A program made the translations under genes and the position numbers. From Octopus vulgaris (taxonomy: Eukaryota), in assembly GCA_951406725.2 (NCBI GenBank), contig OX597824.1:41478001-41542000 (forward strand): a stretch of DNA of 64,000 bases. Direction: 5' to 3'. The notes below the pieces were generated by a model. That model did not search any database. It saw nothing but the letters and a program-made list of their open reading frames with translations, and was not told the DNA's origin. Shown here one piece after another: positions 42,501 through 56,794 of the stretch; within the stretch, counting starts at the first letter, position 1, and each line of letters starts with the position of its first letter.

Positions 42501-43405
42501 TTGTTGGCACAAGGTCTGCAATTGCCGGGAAGGTGTAAGCGGATTACATTGACCCCAGTAATCAACTGGTACTTATTTTATCGACCTTGAGAGGATGAAA
42601 GGTAAAATCATCCTCGATAGAATTTGAACTCAGAACACAAAGGCAGACGAAATGTCACGAAGCATTTTACCCGGCGTGCTAATGATTCTGCCAGCTCGCT
42701 ACTTTATAAATCTCCCTAAAATTGCTTTGCAGAGATAGAAGCTCTAAGTCCTTACTATACATTATGACCAGTTCCCGAAACTTCCTCCCAACTAGCTTAA
42801 GTTAATTTAGCGCTTTATTCAAAGTATTATCATAAGTTGGTCTTAAACGTCTATTCTTGTTTTTAGAGTTTTAGTTAGTCCGTATCTAATACGTTCTGAG
42901 TAACATAAAGCATTCCTTTCGTAAGTTGCAAGTTACTCTGGTAGTTGAAATACAAACCAAATCAAATGGTAACATCTATCGGAAATGATGCATGAACACC
43001 AGGAAATATGTCCCTGTATCACATATGATATACAGGACAGGCAAAGGGTTAAGTCAAGAACAGGCTCGGGCGACGGGCTTTATGCTGCGCAAAGTGAAGG
43101 TTTAGAAACGGTAGCTGTTGTTCTCTGTATTGTATTGTAATTTGTACATTGTGTGAAACATCTATCTACAAGGCAGCAATAAAAGATTCCACCCCTCCCT
43201 CTACACGCGCACACAGCGTCCTCGTCATTGGCCTGGGACTTTACACAACAATGACATAGGTAATCGATGCTACGGATTAACTTCTTTATCGAATACCACC
43301 ACCACCACCACCACCACCACCACCACTACCATACCTCTGCTGCTACTACGACTACCACCCCTACCCCCATTACTACTATTACTACCACCACCACCAGCAC
43401 CACCA

Positions 43406-43451
<46 letters not shown>

Positions 43452-43466
43452 CACCACCACTACTAC

Positions 43467-43499
<33 letters not shown>

Positions 43500-43538
43500 C
43501 ACCCTACTACCACCACCACCACCACCACCACCACCACC

Positions 43539-43600
<62 letters not shown>

Positions 43601-44149
43601 AGCTTCTGCTGCTGCCGCTGCCACTGCTGCCTTTGTTGCGCTGATGCCGCTGCCGACAAAGCGAGTCATCAATATACAGCTAAGCTATGATATCAGTATC
43701 AAAACAATTATGATATCGCTCCTTTATAATAATACTTGAGCTATCATGACAGGATGTTTGTATAGAAAAGCAGGGATTCTTGGACAGACAGCGCAGTGTC
43801 TTTTGATGTGTTCTATGGGCACCAAACTTCTGTGCTTCGTGTTCAAATCAGACTCAATCGGATTCAAATATCGTCACATGTCATAGGAATGGCTACAATA
43901 AAAATCAAATGCACCCCCACCACACACACATATATATACACACAAACACATCTACCTACATTCATGTATACATGCATGCATGCACGCATACACACACACA
44001 CACATACGCACACACACACACATACACACACACACACATATATATATATACATACTACATACATGATGCATACATACATGCATACATACATACATACATT
44101 CTACATACATACATACATACATACATACATACATACATACATAGTAAAT

Positions 44150-46195
44150 ATTAGATTATTCTATTTATTAGGGAATAAAAAATCCGGCGTCACAGGGATT
44201 CAAATAAAATGAATTATTCTCGATAAGGAAATATATGTCATTTAGAGATAGAAGTCCCCATGCAATTCATCAAATCCTAATATACATCACACCATATAAT
44301 AGAATTTTATTTTAATACTTACTAATCATTTCTAAATTTCTCTGCTACACATGTTTCATGAGGTGCGTTTTACGTTCCTTATACACGCAGTCTATTACAG
44401 GAACATTTCTTAAACACAACCCCAATCGTCAGGACTCTTGATAACTTTATTATAATTCAATACCAATTTCTATATTTTAATATTTTAACAGTTACGAACG
44501 TAATTAACAGACAAATATGCGCATGTGTAAATAAATTCGCCGAACCTTGCTGTGCAAGCCATAATTTAATTGATGAAAAAATAAAAATTTACAAATCTAA
44601 ATTCAAACGTGACTTATGCTTATAAACATGCATATAAATTAATAGTATGTAGGAATGAAAATTATAATATATAATAGTGATGATATAATAAGGAAAAGAC
44701 TATATAAAACAGTGATGATAAAAATAAACTATGATAAACAAATATATATTCGAATAAAAACTATAGTTAAAAGTGGACGTAAAAAAATGCGAATGAATGA
44801 TAAAATATAATAATTTACAAAGTAAAATTTAGAGCGTAATAACTTTAAAATAACGTTAAAAATATCGTAAAACAAATGTCGTAAAAATATCGTAAAAAAT
44901 ATGTATATACAAACTACCGTTGACTACCATGGTCATACTACGTGCTTAAGTTCAGCTTAACGTCGCAAGGCTCGGTGAAAATATCTACACTGCCACCTAC
45001 TTGCTGCTTCTTTTAAACTATTGCTTACACTCATATATGCGCACAGATATTTGCACAAATATGCATATACAAATAGGCATTCAATAGAAACAAAAGTATA
45101 GTTATGATCAGATTAAGTATAAATACAATAATGTAAACACATCTATCAGATTAAATCTGCTACCAATAATAAAGATAGTAATGAAAATTTATTACACGAG
45201 CTGTAAATATATAGGAATAAATAGAAAAATATCCAATTGCTATCAATATAAGTTTATTTATTTTTATGTAAAAACCTTTTAAATACTGTAGAAATAATCA
45301 CCAGCTAAAAATGAATTAACTTGCAAAATACAAAATTATGGAATAATAGTACAATGTAAAAAGTAAATAGTATAAGTGTCAAGCTAATATGGTCAAACTG
45401 TAGTTATGTGATATTATCATTAAGATATAATTATGTGCCTAACTAAATTATTATACATATATACTGTGTGTTAAACAAGGGCTATAATTCAGAAATTATA
45501 GTCATAATGATAAGTATAATGTACTTATGTTTATAGTATAGAAAAGATTTTCTTACAATAAGTTCATCACGTCTATTAATCATAATTACATTATTTCTAC
45601 TAGTTTTATTAATGTAGAATGCCTAAGGTACATAAAGAATACACCATCTATTACCACCACTATATGGTTGTGCGCAGCCTATAATTGGCCAGTCAATTTT
45701 ATATTCTATCTTACTATAAGTAAATGTAAGAATTTAGCTAGGGATGTATAATTATCCCATCCCTTATATGTAAATGTAGATCTTTGGTTATTCAGTCTAA
45801 TTTTGAAAGATGAGGAGGATGCACCAAGGTAGGCATGTTCATTATCAAAGGCTGTAATGGAACATTTATGTACAATATTTTTCCTAAGACATTGGCTACC
45901 GAAAGGGCATTTTGCTTTATCGCGACAGTTGCAAAGAGCTAAATTATCATTATTAGTAGTAAGTATAATATGCTCAATTAAACAATTAAATTATTATTAG
46001 TAATATTTTGCTATTGGAATTAGAACCATCGGTATAATTATTGTTTGTATTAGATATTATAGACTGAGATGTTATGTTAATATTATGTTTCTTTTGTATC
46101 GTACTATATTTTTAATGTTTTGTAGAATGATACACTAAGGAGCTTTTTTATGAGTACCACTGAATTAGTTGAATCCATATGTTGTGACATAAATT
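44150..46195 (-). mobile_element. Decayed Neptune-type PLE (GIY-YIG at ~45540-45935, long AT-rich 3' region, decayed hammerhead ~44349-44432)
   Basis: Minus strand encodes CNCRDKAKCPFGSQCLRKNIVHKCSIT..AYLGASSSSFKIRLNNQRSTF..YKIDWPII..AQPY. Confidence 0.75.
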
Positions 46196-47852
46196 CCTAT
46201 ACATATATATATGTGTGTGTAAGTAATTATTTAGACTTTTGGCATATGTTTATTAGTATGTTGATTAAAGCACATTCACCCTTTGGTATACCAAACATCT
46301 GAGGAGACACAGACTGCACTGATTGATGCAGCGCAACTAGATGCGCAATATCCTACCCGTAAGAAACAGCTGCAGGATGGGTCTAAACGATCGTCGCGAG
46401 GAATAAAGATTTGTACCAAATCCATTTTCCGTTTCCCTCATCAATTATATATATGCGTGCATGTGTGAGTGCGCGCGCGCGCGTTTGTGTGTGTATGTGT
46501 ATTTATGCGTATATATATTTACACATACGCATACATATATATATATTTACAAACATAAACACACTCATAGAAACAATTATGTGCCTGCGTGAGTACACAC
46601 ATAGACTTGCATATATGTATGCACGTATGCATGTACACACACAAACATACATGCACACACAGATACACACAGACACACACACACACACACACAGATACAC
46701 ACACACAGACACACAGACACACACACACATATATAGGTACGTATGTATATATGAGTATAGTTAGATGCAAGTAAACATTCACACGCACATACGTGCTTAT
46801 AACATATATGTATATACCTATTTGTGTGTGTATGTGTGTGAGAGAGAGAGAAAGAGTGAGAAAGAGAGAGCGAGAGGGCTAGAGCATAAGTATGTAAATA
46901 GACATATATCGCTTTCTTTTATCCACCACCTTTCACCTGTATTAGCGCGCGCCTGTGTATGTGAGAGTGTGTGCGCGTGTCTGTGAACGATGAGGTACAA
47001 AGACATCAAATTTGATCCAAACAAGGCAGCCAGACAGCGTAGACGAGCTCGAATGTTTCCTAACGCGTCACCATGACAACAACAGGTGCGACTGGAAAGA
47101 ACGCTTCAGCAGCGGGCACCTGCTCTGGCGAAGACTCCGTGCAGTTCATACAATTTTGTTCCCTTGATGCGCGCGAATAGACACAAATACAACGCGCCGC
47201 ACACTCGCTTACTCACATCCATAGATGCATGCATATTCTCTCTCTATCACACACACACACACACACACATACATACGCACACACACATACACTCACACAT
47301 ATTCGCATGCATACACACACATACACATAGTGTAAACCAAATGTGTGTACACACACACACGTGCTTGGGCCGACCGACGCGCACATATTCCAGGGATTCT
47401 GTTAAACAAAGGGTTTAAAAACTAAACACACGAAATGTAAAACAATTGGGCGTTTGAACATATATATCTTATGGGTAACATAGGTAATATATGTATATAG
47501 GTGTGTGAGGATGTATACACACACACACGTTTTCCTGGGGCTAAAAAAAGGTAGTAACATCGTCCTAACCAGGGCTGCCGCTTTATATTGACTAATAGAC
47601 TTTACTCTGTAGTATTGTTACTACTTATTTCTCGCTCAGAGATTTAAAACTGATTGTTTTTCTCCTGATATATATTTGTATTTGCTTAAGTGGTTGTGTG
47701 TATGTTTACATATGGTAATATGTCTCTGTAAGGGTCTCTGATTTTTGTGCCTTCACATTGCTTTGTCTCTCATTCAGACACTTGTATGTATGTATGTATG
47801 TATGTATGTATGTATGTATGTATGTATGTATGTTTGTATGTTTGTATGTATG

Positions 47853-47883
<31 letters not shown>

Positions 47884-49307
47884 ATATGTATGTATGTACG
47901 TATGTATGTATGTATTTTAATCGATTATAAATTTTGACCGGTCACCTACTTGGTAGTAAGGTTGTGAAGTATCTTGTTTTAAACCATCATCCTTTACATC
48001 TGATGAAGATCTTGCAGATTTTTACAGTCCCAGATATTGTGATCATTTGTAGTGTATGAGTATGAATTAAGGATTTGCGTTCCCTACCCAAGCTCCAAAA
48101 TTCACCCATACTTTGCTCCAGACGAGTGGTATGTATCTTGTTGCTCCAATAATAGTAGGTATGAAACTGAAAGTGTATCTCGGGTACTGGATTGTAAACT
48201 CCTTATCAATGGTCCTCTTTCTCTTGTATTTTTTCACCATATTGGTGTCCAAATGGCAGCTGAATTCCATAACTCATATCTTTTCCATGTAGTACCACAC
48301 AACAATATCTAGTCGGTTGTATTTCAACTTGGTCGCTGTTTTAATATTTTAATAAGTTCCTCCAATATTCATTTGGCCCATTGGTTCCAATATAGACAAA
48401 TTCGCCTTTTTTGTTGTCTTGTTCCAGATAGTTATCGCCACCACATCATACCTTATGTATGTATGTATGTATGTATGTATGTATGTATGTATGTATGTAT
48501 GTATGTATGTATGTAGGAATGAATGAATGGAGGTATGAATGCTCTCTTCTATTTTTAAGTATTTAAATTCTTCCCTTGAGGAAGGAGCTGGTTTCTAACA
48601 AAGGCATAAACCTGCATCGTTGGAAAGTGGATAACAAGCGCAATGTCACATTTTAAACTTGAGAGAAGATTTGCATTAATTTACCTCTCTGCTTACAGAT
48701 TATATTTATAATGTGGTTGAATTCTTTTTTTTGAAAATACAAGCTCTTCCAGATTGTCACTTAGGCATTTACTAACAAAACCAAGTGCATCGATTATTAT
48801 TGGTATAAATGTGAATTTATAATCTGGATATAGAAACTGGTGGCTTCAAAGCTGTTGACCATAGTTATTTCTTTTCTCTTTAATTTTCAAAGAGATATTC
48901 ACATCATCACGACAGCTGACTTCTACAACTGTACAAACATTTTCTTCTCTGTCCCAAACAACAATATCCGGCCTGTTATGTTTACACTTGACAAATATTT
49001 TAATGGGTATGTTCCACCATTATTCCATGCGTAGATGTTTGTGCATATGTTCAATAACAGGAGACTTCTCTGTATTTATTCCAAGACAGTCTTCTTTTTC
49101 TGGATGGCATTGTATTTTGTTTTTGCGACAACGTCGTGTCGCATAGGGAGGTAGTACTTTGATAACATATGGGGGCAGCTGCTAATCACATGTGTGATGT
49201 CTTCCACAGAAATATGATATAATCTATATTTTTGGTTGCATTTTCGGGTCCCAAAGGCTTCACACGCTCTTTTGCTTATTTGGTATCTCGTCGCAATCTC
49301 CTGTTTT

Positions 49308-49702
<395 letters not shown>

Positions 49703-49712
<10 letters not shown>

Positions 49713-50935
49713 ATCGTATATAAAAACATTAATCCAAAAACAGACTCGCACTCTAAGTTATAGAGCAATATATATTAAAGTTATATAAGGCCAGTTTTGG
49801 GTATTACCTTAGGTTTCACGTGTATAAAGGGCTTAGCTTTATGGTGTATCATCAGATCCAAAAACCTGTTGGTTTAAGGCCTCTCTATCGAGTAACCTCT
49901 CTAGAATATGGAGGAGAAAAGAGCCCGCTACTCAGTGTCAACAAAGGGGATTGTCTCCTTTTAGCTATCGATCACCGGTGGCCCTTCCATCCTAAGGGTC
50001 CCAATAGGCCAGAAGGAATTTCCTGAAATGTAAGTACGGTCCGAAGACCTCTGTTCTGGAGTTAAATATGTTCTCTGGGTCGAGGAAGCTCTTTAGGATC
50101 CACGCCTGCTCCTCTGTACATAATTTACAGCACTTGGTCCCGTTTATGTAGGCGCCTGGATTTTCTAGGATTTTCCATGATATTGTGTATGGAATTCCGT
50201 CGTCTATCAGCTGCCATACATGGCTGGCAAATGACTTGACGTATCTCCTTTCCGGTGTCCTGATGGAGGTGTTGTTTGAACGAGTTCCCGGAACAACCGA
50301 TGTATATTCGTGGTCGAGTGTTAGCGGTGGTGTTGACGTTGCTGGAACTGGAGCTGTTGGTGTTGGCGTCATGGGAGGTGGCGTGCCGTTGGTGTTGGTG
50401 CAGCCACTTCCGGTGTTAGTAAAGGTGTTGTTGTTATTATAGCCCTTGTCATTGATGGAAGAGCTCTCATTGCTGTTATAGCTACCACTGGTGATGGTTC
50501 TGCTGCTATTTCCTTTAGGGATACCGCTGTTGCTGTTGTTGTTATTGTTGTTATTGCTGGCGATGGCACTGCTGCTACTGCTACCGCTGCTGCTGCTATT
50601 GGAACTGTCGAGCCTGCTACTGCAGCCATTAAGGAAGCTGCTGCTGATGCCGTTAGGGATACTGCCATTGCTGCCGCTGATGTTATTGTTGTTATCACTG
50701 ACGATGATGCTGTTGGTTCTGTCCGCGCTTCTGCTGCTGCTGCTATTTGTACTGACGTCCCTACTACTGTGGTAGCCGTTAGGGGAACTGCTGAAGCAGT
50801 TGTTACTGTTAGGGTCGGCCAGTACCTCAACTTCATGCAAGACTCCCTTGGTTTCACAGTGGCCCCCCTCGCTGGAAAACTTTTGCGGTCCCTGCATGAG
50901 CATTCTGCCTCCGTTTGTGACCTGGGAGTGCTAAC
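49703..50935 (-). mobile_element. Neptune-type Penelope-like element 3' part (frameshifted GIY-YIG endonuclease plus 3' UTR) ending in (TA)n
   Basis: CSCRDRKS linker and YIGCSGNSFKQ in alternative frames; C-terminal HVWQL..YTISWKIL..Y....CKLC.EE...NSRTE...HFRKFLL in ORF 49992-50903. Confidence 0.85.
49792..49868 (-). ncRNA. Type I hammerhead ribozyme in the 3' region (pLTR) of a Neptune-type PLE
   Basis: Minus strand reads TTTTGGAT-CTGATGA-T-AC..ATAAAG/CTTTAT..GT-GAAA-CCTAAGG-TA-AT(AC)CCAAAA; ~125 nt downstream of the GIY-YIG ORF stop. Confidence 0.72.
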
Positions 50936-50950
50936 TAGAAAGATCTAATT

Positions 50951-51148
50951 ATGAACGATCTAATTAGCACTCTCGCATCCATGAGATTGAAAATCACAAT
51001 CGAGACCAATCTCATCACCGAGGACTTCTTAGACGTCACGCTCGACTTGGGCGCCAGTATGTACATGCCCGACCGCAAGCCAAGTGAAAGGCTAACGTAC
51101 ATCAACACAGCCTCCTGTCACCCACCCATCGTGCGTTACTTTGACTAA
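50951..51148 (+). pseudogene. PLE reverse transcriptase fragment, inverted relative to the adjacent endonuclease
   Basis: LKITIETN...DFLDVTLDL...Y.P.RKP....YINTASCHPP matches the PLE RT/thumb motif. Confidence 0.8.
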
Positions 51149-51238
51149 CTGCATTGCTTTTTGTTGAGATAAAGTAAAATAAAACTTCAGTTCAAAATGA
51201 CCTGATATATATATATATTTATCATAGCTGCACCCTCC

Positions 51239-51690
51239 TTACACGAGAAAAGCCATTACCAAAAAGACTTGCTGAAATGATTTATTATTGATGCCACGTG
51301 ATGCCCTTATATGACTTTTAAGCCCAGCCAAACTTTTACACACTTTATTACATACCGGATAACTGTGCAGGCTGGCAGGAGAAACAGGTGCCACCGTATG
51401 CACTTTCTTAACATGTCTTTTCAGAACTCCAGCTGAGAGGCACACCCTTCCCTATTTAACACATGTTCTGTTGTGAATTGAAATAGCCACATCACTGTTT
51501 ATCATGGGTCGTTACCTATGAGGTTTTTGATGGCTCACCAGGCCTGAACGACTCAAACACCTCCTCCCACAAGCCACACACATAAAAAGCAACACTGTCT
51601 CACTTTCCACAGGTTCCCTCCTTCTAAGCCCCCTCCTAATTCTCTCATACTTCACTCTCTTCCTGTCAAAAGTGCTAGTTATGAAATCTC
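51239..51690 (-). mobile_element. LINE C-terminal C2H2 zinc-finger tail (RTE-like), decayed
   Basis: CVACGRRCLSRSGLVSHQ, CLSAGVLKRH, CNKVCKSLAGLKSHIR. Confidence 0.55.
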
Positions 51691-51990
51691 TCTAAGAGAT
51701 CAACACAGTAGTTGTCCTGGCAAGTAATATTCGTAGCCACTTCAATATGGTTGTTCGAACACACTCTACTGCGATTTTGTAACCTCAAAAGGACGTCTCC
51801 TCTAGCTGGTTATCGATATAGAGCTTTGGGTCGTTAACCAGCTAGAGGAGCTGGCTACAGATATTACTTATAGATATATATTAATGCAGGCATATAACTT
51901 ATTGGTTATTATAAAATATAATAAAATTAATCATATGTACATTTTTATTAAGCTACGAAACAATTGTCGTTAAATAAGAATTTCCCACGG

Positions 51991-52039
<49 letters not shown>

Positions 52040-52042
<3 letters not shown>

Positions 52043-52408
52043 CAATCCCTCAACTATCGCGGGTGTTACATTCCAAACTTCCTTGCAGTAGGTGAAAATC
52101 TGCCGCGAAGCAGAAACAGTACTGTATATATTCATTGGCCACAGTCCAATGAATAAAACAAGTAAATGATTTAAAATAAAAAGAACTACAGTAATCCCTC
52201 GACTATCGCGGGTTTTATATTTCAACCGCCCCCCGTGATAGGTAAACATCCGCGAGGCAGAAACAGTACTGTACTGTATTTTTAAAAAATTATCTATATA
52301 ATTTGTATATATTTATTTTATTATAAATGCAAAATACCACGGAGGAATTGGCGTAAGCTTAAATAATAAATCACGATAGTTGAACCGCGATATGGTGACT
52401 GATTACTG
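52040..52408. mobile_element. Tigger-like MITE with duplicated left end
   Basis: TA|CAG(C/T)AATCCCTC(A/G)ACTATCGCGG at 52040 and 52189; CCGCGATATGGTGACTGATTACTG|TA at the right end. Confidence 0.7.
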
Positions 52409-52699
52409 TATACATATTCGTGTTTGTATTGTACATATGAATGTAATTTTACCAATGCGCACAACCAGACCAATTATCGTATGAAAGGTTTAGACGTCAG
52501 CAATAAGTACACCATTACAACAACGGACTTCATAGTTTGTTGGCATTGTATTTCACCCTTCTGAAGTCTGATCTCACTGTCCATGTCCTTATGTCGAAGT
52601 TCTTAAGATGAGAACCGGCGCCAATATACTTGCGTTGATTCAAACGAGTAACAACTTGCGTTTGTGTGCGCATGTATTGGTGAATAGATCGTCAGATAG

Positions 52700-52730
<31 letters not shown>

Positions 52731-53077
52731 TGTATGTATGTATGTATGTATGTATGTATGTGTGTGTGTATGTATGTATGTAAATACAGACATGCATTCA
52801 TTCATACATACAAACAAACATACATACATACATACATACAAAACATACATACATATGTGTATATGTAAACTCTTTTACTCTTTTACATGTTCCAGTCATT
52901 TGACTGCGGCCATGCTGGAGTACTCCCTTAAAGGGTCTTAGTCGAAGAAATCGACCCCAAGATGTATTCTTTGTAAGCCTAGTAATTATTGAATCGGTCT
53001 CTTTTGTCGAACCGCTGGCTTACGGTGACATAAACACACCAGCATCAGTTGTCAAACGATTGCGGGAGACTAAGAAA

Positions 53078-53140
<63 letters not shown>

Positions 53141-53158
53141 ACACGCACACAAATGCGT

Positions 53159-53208
<50 letters not shown>

Positions 53209-53329
53209 GCAGGGAGCGATGTCACCGTTTTATATTTTTACTTTTGCACATGTGCATTGTTTGTTTTTGATTTTGTCGACTACACAGAATAGCAGAAACA
53301 GTAGGGCACTGTTTGTAAGGAAAATAGCA

Positions 53330-54030
53330 CCATGACTCAATTCACTCTATCAGAAATTTGGAAACGACATGCTGTACATTCGCGACAGAATGCTAAGCAT
53401 TCGCGCCGAAAACTCCAATACGAACATTTCAGAATGTTTGGGTGTCAGTCTGAGGACATGTACCGAGAGTGATAAAAATCAAATATCCAGTCAACATCTT
53501 AGTGTTTGGTGTGATCACTAGTGATAGTGACGTTATGCCTCCATTCATCTTCCCACATGGCCTCAGATTCAACAAGGAGGCCTACATCAAGTGCCTGGAG
53601 GAGATAGTGCTGCCCTGGGTCAAGAGAGTGGCTGCTGGAAGACCCTATGTCTGGCAACAAGACTCTGCACCATGCCACATAAGAAGGAGAACTCAGTCAT
53701 GGCTGTCAGACAATTTCTGTGACCACATCACCCCTAACATCTGGCCATCTAACTTCCCAGACTGCACCTCCACTTGATTATTATGTGTGGGGCACAGTTG
53801 AGTGAGAGACCAACAGAACTCCTTGTAACACCAAAGATGAACTGAAAGCAAAGAATTTGGTAACATTCACCAACTTAAACTTGGAGACCGTCCAGGAGAG
53901 TTGCAGGAGATTCCGAAGTCGTCTGGGGGTTGTGGTTGAAGCCAATAGCGATTTTATTGAATACATTTACTGTTTAGTACTTCAAGATATTTTTATGCAA
54001 TTTTGGTAATTATATCTGTTAAAATGTAAT
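53330..54030 (+). mobile_element. Tc1/mariner-superfamily (DD37D/maT-like) transposase remnant
   Basis: VFGVITSD..MPPFIFP, WQQDSAPCH, WPSNFPDC..DYYVWG. Confidence 0.8.
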
Positions 54031-54049
54031 TTAGACGACCGTTTTTTTT

Positions 54050-54470
54050 TACCACACACTGGAGAAACAAGGTGATGCCTTTGGGATCGCTATCGCGAAC
54101 ACATCAGAAACATAATGCTACGTATGCCAGACTATACTGTCGCTACCCGCTTCAACACTGTGTATCATTCTATTGCAGATTTATCAGTTTGTGGCATGGC
54201 CTCACATGATGGACCCCGACCTTCTCTAGGAAACGAAAGGAGCAACGTCTTATATTTGGTTTTGGTACTATGTCCCCGACAAGTATGAATGAACGTTTTT
54301 TTTCTTTCATCCTTCCACCTCCTCTTAATTCCTTTTTACCCTTTTTAATCCTCCTTCCACCCTCTCTCTGCAACATTCCCGTATTTACTTACCTTTACTC
54401 TTTCCATCAGCCTTTTCCTCCTCCTTTCTGCACGCCCTCTCCTATAACTTCTGTTTCACTTTAGGAGCCC
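54050..54470 (+). pseudogene. Penelope/Poseidon-type GIY-YIG endonuclease remnant
   Basis: TGETR*CLWDRYREHIRNI and RKRKEQRLIFGFGTMSPTSMNERF motifs. Confidence 0.65.
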
Positions 54471-54978
54471 GTGTTATTTTGTTTTATTCCGTTTGTATTC
54501 ACATTTCAATGGTACCTTACTTTCAATGCAATTTTCCCATTATGCGCCGGATTAGCTATTTATAATGGTAGCTGAAAAACCGCGTATCGCGGGAACCACT
54601 GGTCCGATTTACGCGAAACTTGTCTTATTCCGTTCGTATTCCCATTTCAGGGGCGCCATACTTCCAGAGTATTTTCTCATTATGCGCCAGATTGGTTGTA
54701 TTAAATTACAGAAAAGCATGTACGCAAGGAAGCACGCAGAGAAAACTACCCAGGTGTTCACGGTAAAGGGAAATAACTCCAGGTCCCACTGCTTAAATTT
54801 GTGGAAACTCCCCCCCCCCCACCCCGCATTTCTCGGGAATCCGTGGTCCCATTTACACGAAACTTTTTTTTTCTGTTTGTATTCACATTTCAGGGGTGGC
54901 TTTCAGAGTATTTTCCCATTATTCGCCGGTTTGATTGTATTTACAGATAAACCCGCAAGCAAGCAAGCAAACAAGCAC

Positions 54979-55010
<32 letters not shown>

Positions 55011-55306
55011 TTAAGCAAGCACAGACATTAGTATTATATATATATATATATATATATATAAATGCGCCTTTTTAAAACCTAGCCAGGCTCATGGGCCCGA
55101 TTTCCCGGTTTCTATGGCGCATGTGTTCCCCAGGTGGACGAGACGCCAGTCCATCGCAGTGTTACTCATTTTTGCCAGCTGAGTGGACTGGAGCAACGTG
55201 AAATGAAGTGTTTGGCTCAAGGACACAACGCGTCGCCCGGTTCAGGAATCGAAACCATAATCTTACGATCATGGTGCTGACACCCTAACCACTAAGCCAC
55301 GCGCCT

Positions 55307-55360
<54 letters not shown>

Positions 55361-55719
55361 GTAAACTAAAGTCATCCTAGGAATACGGGATGTGATCTTA
55401 AGAGATATTTGATTTGTGGAAACGCGCGTAGTGATGCATTATATGTTTATAAATTCTATCCAAGTATTATTGTTATTATTACTATATATATAATAAGATG
55501 AGAAAATAGAGAGGTAATTAATAAATTATTATATATTAGTTAAAAAAACTGACAAACATCCCTTGCAGCTGTTTTCAGTTCCAGACCAATTAATTAATTA
55601 AATCAAGAATTATTTGTCAGTCGAATCTCCTCAGAGGCAGTTAAAGATATACAAAATACCTATTCAATGTTGAGAAAACGGCTGCAAACCGTTAACTTAG
55701 TTAATATAGGCAAAATGCT

Positions 55720-56106
55720 TGGAATTTTGTGGGAGGGAGGTAGTCAGTTGCATCGACCTCACTTCTCAGCTGACACTTATCTTATCGACACTGAAATGGA
55801 TGAAGGTCATAGTCGATCTCGGTGGAATTTGAACTCAGAACTTAAACACGGACGTAATGCCGCTATGTATTCTATCCGCTGTGCTAATAATTCATATTTC
55901 TTTACTACCCACAAGGGGACAAACAAGGACAGACAAACGGATTAAGTCGATTACATCGACCCCATTGCGTAACTGGTACTTAATTTATCGACCCCGAAAG
56001 GATGAAAGGCAAAGTCGACCTCGGCGGAATTTGAACTCAGAACGTAACGGCAGACGAAATTCGCATTTCGCCCGGCGTGCTAACGTTTCTGCCAACTCGC
56101 CGCCTT
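55720..56106 (-). mobile_element. SINE family A, young copy adjoining an old copy
   Basis: Same body as above. Confidence 0.8.
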
Positions 56107-56376
56107 ACATTAAATATTTTTTATGGGTTTATTAAAAAAAAAAAGGAAGAAAGTATATCGATATTTTCTAAATAGCAAGAATAGTCAGCAAATCAATCAA
56201 TCAATAACTTATACATCTTGTTTCTCACCTGTATTCACTTAAAAACTAAATCTCGGTTGGATAAAACACAAAGAGTGGCCGTGAGAAAATCAAGCTTAGG
56301 AAAACGAGACCCCGAACTAGTATCGTTAACTGTGTTAATTACACACATAGAGAAACACACATGTATATATGCACAT

Positions 56377-56424
<48 letters not shown>

Positions 56425-56736
56425 CTAGCTAGCTAGCTAGATAGATAGATACATACATATACGTATGTACATATGTATGTATATACATATATATACATAC
56501 ATTCATATACACGTACATATATAAATATATATATATATATATGAATATCTATGTATCTGTCTGTCTATCTGTTTATCTGTCTGTCTGTTTATCTACGTAT
56601 GCATATATGTATATGTTTGTATATGTGAATGCGTGTGAGTGTACGAGTACGCGCGCGTGTGTGCGTATGTGTGAGTGTGTATGTGTGTGAGCGTGTGTTT
56701 GGGAGAGTATGTGTGTGAGTGTGTGTGTGTGTGAGT

Positions 56737-56794
<58 letters not shown>

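Noticed and set aside
49992-50903. 303-aa ORF as an intact functional protein
   Set aside because: The Cys linker and YIG motif lie in other frames; it is a frameshifted PLE remnant
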